A DNA stretch of 64,000 nucleotides from Trichoplax adhaerens. Taxonomy: Eukaryota > Animalia > Placozoa. A program made the position numbers and the translations under genes. Under the pieces are notes generated by a model. The model did not search any database, had not been told where the DNA came from, and saw only the letters and a list, made by a program, of their open reading frames with translations. The DNA lies in assembly GCF_000150275.1 (NCBI RefSeq), contig NW_002060949.1, positions 3,029,955-3,093,954 on the forward strand, in the 5' to 3' direction. This document shows positions 33,901 to 45,800 of this stretch, piece by piece (position 1 is the first letter of the stretch; every line of letters starts with the position of its first letter).

Positions 33901-35278
33901 TAAAAAATTAGGTGAAAAACGAACACATTAATGGCAACTGAAATCGTAGTTAAGAATGATTATTATTCAGCTACCTATGTGAAAATAGCTTAAATATTGA
34001 AAGCATTATACGGAACTTTGTGATTGAATTCATTTAAAGGGATGCTATGTAGGTTGGGATTTATGCCATGCAGCTGGTGGTGTTGAATTAAAATTACATG
34101 AATGGGATGTTGATTTCGCAGTTTGGTGTACATATAAGGTAAGATAACTGAAACTATTTCCTGACAATCTTAAATTTCATAAAAACTAAAAGTGTTGTTG
34201 ATAATATAATTGTATTCGCTGCAATTTCAAGTTTAATAAAACTAAAAATGTTCTTATCGATAAAGAATTTATGAACTAATATTAAAAGTTGCAGTGTATC
34301 CTAATTCCATTTTTTTTATACACAATGTAGCTTCTTAACACCGGTCCAGGATCGATCGGAGCATGCTTTGTCCATGAAAAATATGCATATCGAAAAGACT
34401 TTAAAAGGTTGTCAGTAAATTATTTCAATTTATGAGTCGTTCATTTATCAATAATTTTGACTTTAACGCATTTGAACATTTAAAAGGCTTGACGGCTGGT
34501 TCGGTCATCGTTTAGAAACTAGACTTAATATGACAAATGGTAATAATAGTTGAATTTGAGATAACGTGATAGTTAAAACGTTGTTGAAAAGATTAAATTT
34601 AGTGTATATTTACTAGTTATGGAGCACGCTCCTGGTGCCTCAGGCTTTCAGCTAGCTACTACTCCTGTTGCGGATGTCGTTAGGCTCATTAGTAGTTTAG
34701 ATGTAAGTTTACTTATTAACTTTATCTGTAATTACTGTTCGTTCGTGACACGTTCTTTAAGCATTGTAGAGTGGTGATTGTTAAATTTTGATTTCTAACA
34801 ATAGATCTATTCTAGAGTATCTTTACCAAAGCTATTTGAAAAAGCTCGTAAAGGTGTAGTATATATGGAAGCGCTTTATCGGCACTACTTTATGAATAAT
34901 GATACATCGGCTGATTGTAAGAAAGTAGAAAGTGTTGCGGAGATTATTTCACCTAGTGATCCTTGTGAGAGGGGCACTCTCTTTGCATTCAGATTTCCGG
35001 GTCGTGTTGATTTCGTTTGTGACGGACTAGCTAAAAACGGAATTGCAGTAAGATAATTTGTCATAGAGTTAATTATTAATTTAAATTAAAATTATTTTAT
35101 TGTGCGATTAGCGATCATTATAAAATCTGCTATGAATGTTATATAATTTTAGGTAACTGTCCTAAAGAGCGAAATTATTAGAGCTGGTTTTGCTCCACTA
35201 TATAATTCATTCCAGGATGTACACACCTTCATAACTACTTTGCATAATCTTTTTACTCAAGAAGAGAATCGTAAATAA
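30955..35278 (+). CDS. KYNU: Kynureninase paralog A (PLP-dependent), divergent active site
   Basis: Motifs: [61 protein letters not shown] (PLP lysine), [20 protein letters not shown] at 30955, TAA at 35276-35278. All exons splice in frame. Confidence 0.93.
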
Positions 35279-35617
35279 CGAGTCTTTCCATCTACTTGAA
35301 ATAGAATCAGCGGATAGTCTTTGTATAGAACTTATATGCACGTACGAAAAACTAGCATTTGCAACCGTAACGTACGAGCGAAGATGCATACATTTATATA
35401 TTATAACTCATGCTTGGTTTGACCGACATTACTTAATGCTTAATTAATTATAAAGCACTTCAGCTAGAAGGTATAAAATTGAATGAACCAGAGCAAAGCA
35501 ATTAAATGTCTTTCTAGGTTACTTTTCATGTTAATTAAAAAAAGTTGTGGAGTCTGAAACCAAACGTGGATCAAGATTCTAAATTAATTAATTTCATAGT
35601 ATTGTTTAGGAGTAGAT

Positions 35618-36161
35618 AAAATTTTTCTACTTATGATATTATTTTATAATACTTATTTTAACAAGAAATAACAAAGATATTATGTCATTTTTTGACATTT
35701 TTATAGTAAGAGTATAGCATGTCATCCATATCGTTTTATAGTAAGGGTATTGCATGCCGTTCATATCGTACGGTATATAATAAAATTTTTTTCTCCTTAT
35801 GATATTATTTTATGATACTTATTTTTAAAAGAAATAACAGAAAAATATTAGGTCTTTTTCTGACATTTTTATAGTAAGGGTATAGTATGCCATTCATATC
35901 GTTCGGTATGTAATGAAATTTTTCTATTTATGATATTACTTTATAACACTTATTTAACAAAAAATAACAAAGATATTAGGTCATTTTTTATAGTAAGGGT
36001 AAGCATGCCATTCATATCGTTCGGTATATAATAAAATTTTTCTACTTGTGATATTATTTTATGATGCTTATTTAATTAGAAATAACAGAAAGATATTAGG
36101 TCATTTTTTGACGTTTTTATATTAAGGGTATTGCATGCCATTCATATCGTTCGGTATATAA
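35618..36161. repeat. AT-rich tandem repeat, about 4 copies of a ~120-160-bp unit
   Basis: Unit taaaatttt..tatgatattattttat.atacttattt..aaataaca.aagatattaggtcattttt..tatagtaagggta..gcatgccattcatatcgttcggtat starts at about 35618, 35780, 35912 and 36031. Confidence 0.9.
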
Positions 36162-36960
36162 CATTAACTAGAGACTTGCTATTTGAAAGTTACGTATGGT
36201 TCCTATACAATTACTTACATTTAATACTGTACACGTGTACATATGGGAGTTTACATAAGAGATTTAGTAACTATGCAGCGCAGTACTGCACAGTATGTTG
36301 TAATCAATTTTTGTTTCATGTATATGTTATATATATACTGTATAACATGTGTCATATAAACTGTAAACACGGCTTCTAAAGCTCTTAGAAATTCTCTACC
36401 TTACCGTACTAACGTGCTGTGACTACGACGGTTTTAGCTGAGAGGGCGTTTTCGTGAAACACCACCCATTAAGAAGGTGGTGGTAATAGTAGCCATCACG
36501 TATAAAGGAGTCATCCGGTAAAAATCAATACATTAAAAGGGAAGTGGGTTTTCATTTTACTGTAAAGACATGGCCTATTCTATGAACTTTAGTATATTCT
36601 TTATTAAATTATATTATCAGCAGGATGCTGATAATAATATGGCAAATCGGTTATTGATAAATTTCAAAGTTGAGTAGTATGCAATTTATTATTCAGTATA
36701 GTAATTTGACGGACAGGAAATGTTGGTACGGCCCCAGGATACGCGTATGGCAGTGCTTCATTTTGTATGACGAAAATGTCGATTTCAATAACAGACGTGT
36801 CTATTTGAAAGATGAAAATCATATCCTTGAAAGTGTTCATTTTCCACTACATACTCACATATAAAGTATCATTTAAAAGAATTTACCTAGCTGAGGATTT
36901 ACATGAATTATTCCATTCTGAACGGTTTAATATGCCATTGTGCACGCAATAGCACTGTAG

Positions 36961-37570
36961 GCGGTGCGGAGTAGGCCGATGTTAATCACTTGGGACACAT
37001 GTTCCATGCCATTGTACAACGCCCACAGCGAAGGTCGTGTCCTTCCTTCCATACTGCCCACTTTCTAGTGAATCGTACTAAACTGTACAGTGTAGACTAT
37101 ACACTACAGTACTATCTACAGGTGCAATAGCCAGTCGTGTTTACCAGCCTCTTGGCCTTGCCATTTTTTTGTGCCTTGCTTTACTTCTTGTTGGTGTCCA
37201 ACTAGCTTACCTTCTGCCATCATGGGCAATGATGTCAAATCTATTTGTCATGAAGCGGTGAGTAGACCGATGTTGATCACTTGGGACACATGTTCCATGC
37301 CATTGTACAACGCCCACAGCGAAGGTCGTGTCCTTCCTTCCATACTGCCCACTTTCTAGTGAATCGTACGAAAGTGTACAGTGTACAGTGTACAATGTAG
37401 ACTATAAACTACAGTACTATCTACAGGCTAAACTGATGCAATAGCCTGTCGTGTTTACCAGCCTCTTGGCCTTGCCATTTTTTTGTGCCTTGCTTTACTT
37501 CTTCTTGTTGGTATCCAACTAGCTTACCTTCTGCCATCATGGGCAATGATGTCAAATCTATTTGTTATGA
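36961..37570 (+). repeat. Direct tandem duplication (~295/315 bp) of the KYNU-B promoter and first codons
   Basis: 36961-37255 is nearly identical to 37256-37570. Both copies end in ATGGGCAATGATGTCAAATCTATTTGT (ATG at 37222 and 37539). Confidence 0.92.
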
Positions 37571-40500
37571 ATTAATGGATGAAGCTGCTAGTCATGGCTA
37601 TGACATTGCTAGTTGCGAGTTTGCTCAATATCTGGATAGTCAAGACAAATTCAAGGAATTTCGAGAGTTATTTTATATTCCACGAAAGAAAACTTTGCCT
37701 CTAAGTATGTCTGCCTAAGTACAGCTACAATTTGAAATCATACAAGTTCATTTTAATCGCACTCTAGTACTGCATCCACCTTTTAGCCTACTCTATCTTG
37801 CAGTTGAAGAGTCAGAGTATTGATAAGCACCATAACTTGTTGATTATTTTTTATGGACGATTGCCTAGTCTACTATCTCATACAGTATGTACAAATTCCA
37901 AAGTACTCATGAAACACTTGAGATACTCGCAGAGTCTTAAAGTAGGGCGTGATACTGAAGTACTGTACAAGTAGATGGTGTTACCTACAAATATATTGAT
38001 ATTGCAGCATTGAAACTAATCCTAATTAGTACAGTATGTCTATACAATATACAATAGTTGTCTTTCATCATTAGTTATTACGGATAGGATGCTCAATGTT
38101 CAGTAAGGCTGATATTGTACTGTACTGTACAATAATAAGTGTACAATTGTGTATAAGATTATTGTGCATTATGTACACTGTACAGTATAGGCAGATAATG
38201 AAGAAAGTTGCGATGTTATAATATTCATGAAGATTTTGTACAATCTATACTGTAGTTGATTTATCCTTGGTCGATGGTGAGAGTGAGAGTATCTATCTTC
38301 TTGGTAATTCTCTCGGCTTACAGCCCAAGCAAACTCGACAGCGTTTAATAGAACACCTGGACAAATGGGCTGAAATGTTAGTCTTTATTTACTAAAAGCG
38401 CGTATATCAGTATTGTTAAATTAAATTAAGCAACACTTGAATTATTATATAGTGGATATACTACATTATAACATTGTATTTATTATCAAACATTATGGAT
38501 GCAAATAGGGGTATCGAAGGACAATTCCACGGGAATGATCGCTGGGTTGACTTTCAGGATACGATGACTAAGGATTTGCTATGTCCTATTGTTGGTTAGT
38601 TGAAAGAAAATTGAGAATACCGCTAAAAAGAAACTTTCTCCTTCTAACCTCAATTCGCTAAATGTCATTATTATAATACGTATATAAGCTAAGATATTTT
38701 TTATATATACTTACCAAGATAGTTTGCACAGTATTTAAAACAATTTTATCCAGAATCCATTGCTGCTGTTATTGAATCTAATTTTTCAGTGCTCTGGAGT
38801 CATTGGTAAAAATCTCCTTATAGTAACATAGTGGACGTACAATCTATTTCTTGTAAAAATAATTTACCTATTTGAGAATATCAATATACAAACAATTATG
38901 CCTGTCAAAGGCGGTGATATAGTGATGGTAGATCATTAAGACCTTTCAATAAATTTCATTTATTAAAATCCTAGATCTTGTTGGGATTATATACCAGGAA
39001 TTGTTTTATTTTCAATGGCTGCATTGTTGATTCATGTCTATTAGGATGAATATCGAAATTAAAATTTTGATTATGTATCAATATAGGAGCTAAGCCTATT
39101 GAAATCTGCGTAATGAATGCAGTTACTGTTAACATTCACCTGCTAATGGTATGCTAAATAACAATTATAAAACAAAATCAATACTATCAATACTTCTATC
39201 AAATAGATATAACGACTATATAACTGCATTTAACTACTTAGATATCTTTTTATCAACCTACTGCCGAAAGATGCAAGATTCTTATTGAAGACGGAGCATT
39301 CCCTTCTGATCATGTATATGCCAACACTTAGTTATATCCATAATTACAGTAAATTATTTACTTCAAATTATATTCGAAGAGTTTTTCATTTATTCGATAA
39401 ATAATAATTAATTATATAATTAAGGCACTTTTAATTAAAATGAATGCTAATCTAGTATTATATTTTAAACAATTCTCAGTATGCAGTCCAATCACAGATA
39501 CGAATGCGTGGTTATGATCCAGATGATGCAATGATAATAGTAAAAGCACGAGATGGAGAAACTACTATAAGAACGGAAGATGTAATAGCCAAGATAAACG
39601 AATTTGGTGATTCTATTGCTATGATTTTATTACCTGGTATGTATTTTTGCTTTGATACCTAAATAGGTAGGCTAATACTAGGCGATCATTTTAATGAAGT
39701 ATTATAGTTTAACATTTATTCTTGTCTTTTAAAGAGCGCAACGCCTCTTCAATTTAACCAATTTGTTCATTTCGTATAGGAGTGCAATTTTATACTTGTC
39801 AGTTGTTTGATATTAAAGAAATTACTAAGGCAGCACACGATAAGGTTAAAATTAGGTTATATTAAGCGTACACTGATAACAAATTTAGTCTTGGTAAATA
39901 ATAATATTTTTACTACTGCATATAGCCTTATTAAAAAATAACTACTCTGCTTAAACTTTACAGTGATGACAGTGATTGTGATATTATATTAAACTTTGTA
40001 ATTTTATTATTTATTTAAAGGGGTGCAATATAGGTTGGGATTTATGTCATGCGGCTGGTGCCGTTGAATTAAAATTACATGAATGGGACGTTGATTTTGC
40101 TGTTTGGTGCTCTTATAAGGTAGACTAATCCTCTTATGTTATTTTCTTTATTTGAGGTGATTTCGTCTATCTCCAATTGAATATCCACGAAATTGTAGTT
40201 GTCCAGAAAATAATTTACATATTGCAGTATAACCTAATTTCTTATCTCGCATCATGCATAATGCAGTACCTAAATAGCGGTCCAGGATCGGTTTCAGCAT
40301 GTTTTGTACATGAAAAGCATGCACATCGGAAAGATTTTAATAGGTTGCCAACATGTCATTATCATTTGAGTAACTTGAAAGATTGTAAATAGATTATTTC
40401 AATTTATGAGTTGTTTGTTTATCAGTAATTTTGACTTTAATGCATTTGATCGTTTGAAAGACTTGAAGGCTGGTTCGGTCATCGTTTAGAAACCAGATTT

Positions 40501-41265
40501 GATATGTCAAACGGTAATAACGATTGAATATTTGATGACGCGTTGACAAAAATTATTTAAAAGATTAAGTTTAGCGTATGTTTACTAGTCATGGAGAGTA
40601 TTCCTGGCGCATCGGGCTTTCAAATATCTAATACACCTGTTGCTGAAGTTGTTAAACTCGTTAGTAGTTTAGATGTAAGTAAATTCACCGATTCGCTGTC
40701 ATAACTTTAATCTCAGCTTATTTGTGATATGTTATTTAAATATCATATCATATACAATAATGTAGTAGAGCAGTACAGTATATTAAAATTTTTTTTAAAC
40801 AATAGATCTACTCAAGAGTATCACTACCGAAGCTATTTGAAAAAGCTCGCAAAGGTGTGATATATATGGAAGCACTTTATAGGCATTACTTTATGAATAA
40901 TGCCACATCGACTGACTGTAAGAAAGTAGAGACTGTTGCGGATATTATTTCACCTACTGATCCTTTTGGAAGGGGCAATCACTTAGCATTCAAATTTTCG
41001 GGTGGCGTTGATTATGTTTGTGACGGACTGGCAAAAAGAGGAATCGTTGTAAGATGAATTTTTTAGTTAAATTAAAAGTATTTTTTTATTACACGATTGG
41101 CGATCATTCTAAAGTACAGAAATGAATGATATACAATTTCAGGTGGATGTTCGAAGAAATGAAGTTATTAGAGCTAGTTTCGCTCCATTGTATAATTCAT
41201 TCCAGGACGTTTACACCTTTATAACTACTTTACATGACCTGTTTACTCAAGGAAAGAAGTCATAA
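37539..41265 (+). CDS. KYNU: Kynureninase paralog B
   Basis: Same exon structure as paralog A. Motifs: [67 protein letters not shown]. Stop at 41263-41265. Confidence 0.94.
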
Positions 41266-42870
41266 ATACATACATTGACTTGTAGATATCATAGACTTTC
41301 TATCTATCCGCTATAGAACTTATAGACAGTCCTTTTATTATGTAATAATAATTCGATTTGTAATCTCGATATGAATGGATTTTATTTAACTCAAGTTGAT
41401 GTTTTATTTTTGCTAGACGGTACGAAGTTGAATTATCCTTGTGAATTAAATATTAAATTACGTTATTACTCATATTAGTGACTTAGGATATAGCAGTAGC
41501 AAATCGAGTGGTAATGAATCCGCATGGGATTATTGAAAATTATCGAGATATTGGTAGTTGCTGAGCTTCGTACTTTCCGACTGATTACAGAATAGAAGTT
41601 GTTTTACAGAAGAAATACTGTATTACATTCTATGGCATCTATTGTTTAACTATTAATCTATTTTCTATACAAGACTTTGTAGCTAAAAAACGGCTTTACT
41701 CTGGTAGCGTAAAACTGTATGGTAAGATACTATTAGAAGATAAATGACGCAACGTTATGATGTGACGTAATGCTTTAAATTGATATCATATTTTATTTAT
41801 ATCAGCGTTTCAAACTACTCGAATGTAATTAAATTTTTATAACTTAATAAATCTAACGGACACTTGGATACAGCGCTTTTAATTTGCAATTTCCATGCCA
41901 TATGATATAGTCATATCCGTGGAAACATCTTACTGCCGATAGCCTTGTCTGATACTTCAAAGCTAAAAATCATATAATCTAAGGGTCTAAGTAATAACTT
42001 GCCGTAGGTATACGATCAAATACTTAATAATTATCTATGAGCATATTATTGTTTTAATAGACTCTTATGGGATTTAACAGTAAATAAAATGGTCAAAGAT
42101 TACAATTTTTTTGTAAGTTTTAATGGAGAGTTCACAATAATTTTAAAATTGAATGAATGATACTGATACACATAGAATATGGAATATCTTATATTCCATA
42201 GCCTAGACAAATGCTATATTTTGGTATTTAGTATAAACTCATCATAAAACTTGATCACTGTTCCTCAAAAGGTATGCGATCGATATTAGCTATTAATTAT
42301 AATTATCTATGAGTATATGCATATTTTCAAATTTTATATTAGAGGCCGCCATAGAATTTACCTTTAACTCACTTAAATGAGCATCAACCAGAATAATACA
42401 TTAATTAATCTTTCACGAATAATACTAAATCATAAATTTATGAGCATTTAGATGCTAAAATTTTAAATTCCTGTATCATAATCAAATTTTAGTTATAGTC
42501 TGCATACTGAAAATTTGCTCTTAACAAGCATCTCTATAAATCTTGTATGGAAGATACTTCACGGATTTGTGGGTATAGACATTTTAACGATAAAACTAAA
42601 CACCAATGATGCTCGGTATATTATCTTTTCTTACAAAGTAATAGATTGGGTATATTAAGTTAGCATTAAGGATTTATATGTTCTTATTAAATGATAGGAT
42701 CTGTATCTGCATTCTACTAGAATCAGTCTATTAACAATTTAATCTACTTTATTTAGTTCTGAGACGATCGAATTATACAGTATCCACAAATATCATATTA
42801 AATTAAATAAAGAAGTTGATCCAGTACGAATAATTTGCTTGATGAATTTTAAATAACTTTTGATTTTGCT

Positions 42871-45800
42871 CTATAATAATCTCTCTGTGTCTTCAGGAGT
42901 ACTATTGAATCGTCGTCTAGTTCTCCTTCTACCTTTCTTATACTCATGAATTATTTTTCGAATGACCAAAAAGGATTTAATTTGCGACCATTCGAAAATT
43001 TCCCAAAATGTTAAGAAACTACCGCCCAGGAATAATCCCAATTGACCACCAATATCACCTGAAATATATTACATCGCCATCCACGTATATTAGAAATCCG
43101 TTTCGATCCAAAATGATTAACAATCACTATGAGTATAACATACTTATAAATTGATTTACGTCGTATGCTTTCTTTTCTTTAAATGTTGTATAAGAAAGAT
43201 CGTCGTAGAATAAGTCTAGAAAGACATAATTATCTCTAGATTGGCAGCAGTTAGAATGGAAAAATTAGAAATAAAGTTTAGCAATGTTTATACTAGGTGG
43301 TACTATGTATGTTGTAATATCGACGAATCTGTAGCAAAGACATAGTTCAGTTATTATATTGAATAGCTTTAATATCCATATAATAGCAATAAAGCTTTAA
43401 AATGGATATTTTACCTTATATATTCGCCCATTGAAATATTGTTATACTTTAAGAAATCGATTTCTAATTCATTTAATCCGTAACGATGAGCAGCAAACCT
43501 TGATGTTTGTCTGAGGGGAATTTCAGCATAAGTTACATGAGGATTAAATGATTTAATCCTGCAATCGTTAGGACAGTTGCAAGTAAAGTTTTCCGGTGTA
43601 CTTAGGCCTTAGTTAGAAATAAGTATGAGAATTAATAGAGGTCATAATTTCAATTTTGTTGACATTTCAGTAGTACAAGTATCGACTACATTAGTTAGAA
43701 ATCTGTAGATTATCTATTCGTTGTCTATTTATCTACTTTTGTTGACTATAACTATCTGTTCGTTCGAAATAGATGCTAGAACTCCTAGTAATTATCTCTA
43801 ATATTGTGCAATTATTAAACTTTCGACATATTAACAGCTTACCTAAGTATTTAGTAACGCATTTCTTAATGTGCTCAGGTGAGCAGATTGGAGATGAGCC
43901 TGTATCATTGACGCGTAAATTAGATGGAAATTAATAATTTACAAATATCATAAAATAGGAAACCACAATAATAATAAAATTAAATTTAAAGTTGTTGTTT
44001 TTGTTTTTATGTATGTTGTTTTATATATGCAGACCATAAAATACCGAAGTATTTACTTTGGTAATACATAACATATACCTTGCATCAAAATATTACGGTA
44101 CCGCACTGTAGCTTAGTGATTAGTCTATCTCTAGTTTTAACCGTAATTGGTTCGGCAAAATATTAGTGCATAATTCATACCAATCTCTATATTCTAATAT
44201 CTCAAGATATTATCCACAACTTGAAGAAATTAAAATAAGTTAGAAGCATATTAAAATGCGATGAAAACAATGTACCAGGCATATATGGTGTCCGACAATC
44301 ACATCGTCTTCTATAGCTATCAGCTAAACATTCTAATTGGCAGGAAGCTCGACTATAAGATTTAAAATATTTTAACTTCTTCTGACCACAATTTCCCCAC
44401 GGCGGTTTTAAGAAATCGGACTACATCAAAAGAAAATAAGAGGTATAATTTATTTCATACGGATTTACAGTAGACCCTTTTTAACTATAAATTGCTATAT
44501 CCTTGCATGGCTTTAAAAGATAAATGTAAAAATACATATTTCTCCATTTATTACCTCTGTGTACAGTAATTTTGTATAAGCGTGGTAGCCGGGCGGAACT
44601 GCAATACCTTCAGCATTGATATCAGGAGGTTCAAACTGATTATGGACGCGAAATTTTATACCGATATCCGGATCGGGATTAAGATGAGTATATTCTTCTT
44701 CTTCGATATTTAGAATTAATTTTAAACCATAACGGCTGCCAGGTCTTTTTTGATAGAGAATAGGCGCATCAACTCCTACGGAAATAAAAAGCAATCAGTT
44801 GAAGATGTGAATATGAGAAAATAATTTGATCTTAAGTTTGAAATTTCATCTTAAAATACTATGGGAAATAATGTCGAATAACATCGTTTATAATCACGAT
44901 CAGATGTAATAGCTATCTGGTCTTTGATTCTGACTATACATTATTATGCTCTACTTATGAGATAATATTTATATTTAAAAGGGTATAAAGCTTTGATTGA
45001 TGATATAAGAAAAATGACGAATATGAATGCGTTAAACGGTTCTGCAAGAAAGGATAAACATGAATAAAAGATATATGGCAATCTTCTATATCCAAAGCAA
45101 TTAGCTGACTAAGCAAAACTATGATTAGTCCTGACTTTAGAATAGCTGTTTTATCTAGAAATTGAGCAATAAACATAAATAAGATAGAAGATACTAATAA
45201 AAGTGTTGGTTAGGAATTAAGTCAAAACTAAAGCATGTACCTAATCATAAATTATAATTTTAATATCTAAAAACTATCCACTTATAAAGAAAATCGTTCC
45301 GTAGATTAGCTTTAGAATCGCCTTTAAAGATAGTCTGCCTGACCTGCATTAAAAGTAAAACAAGAGCCATAATCTGTATATATCCTTGTGAAATTCTCTA
45401 TACTGCAAGGCTGGCGTCCATCGTTCCAGGTGCAATGTTTAATAAATACCTCAGCTTGGTTACTTTTAACGTTTAGAAATTGCGTGATATCAAAAGTAAT
45501 GTTATCATAAAGTTCGAAGGATATATTTTTTAAGTAGTCATTCCACTCTTTTCCTGTTTTGCCATTGAGGCCAGTGAATATTTGGTTGTTATCGGTTGTA
45601 GTAAATAAATTAACTAAATAACCAATGCGATGCCAATCACCATATTCCAATGAAGAAAATCGAAATCGATTGAAATTGCAAACCGATACAGCTGGAAATT
45701 TTAATTTTTTACTGACGGTGTAATTAATTGCAGTATTGGTGGGATAGGTAAAGAGATAGTCATAGCGTTGAACGCATGTGATAATGCACAAAATAGTCAT

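Noticed and set aside
30955-35278. Horizontal transfer of a bacterial kynureninase
   Set aside because: Paralog A shares all introns and high identity with paralog B and is otherwise eukaryotic-type. The bacterial-like residues are better explained as convergent.
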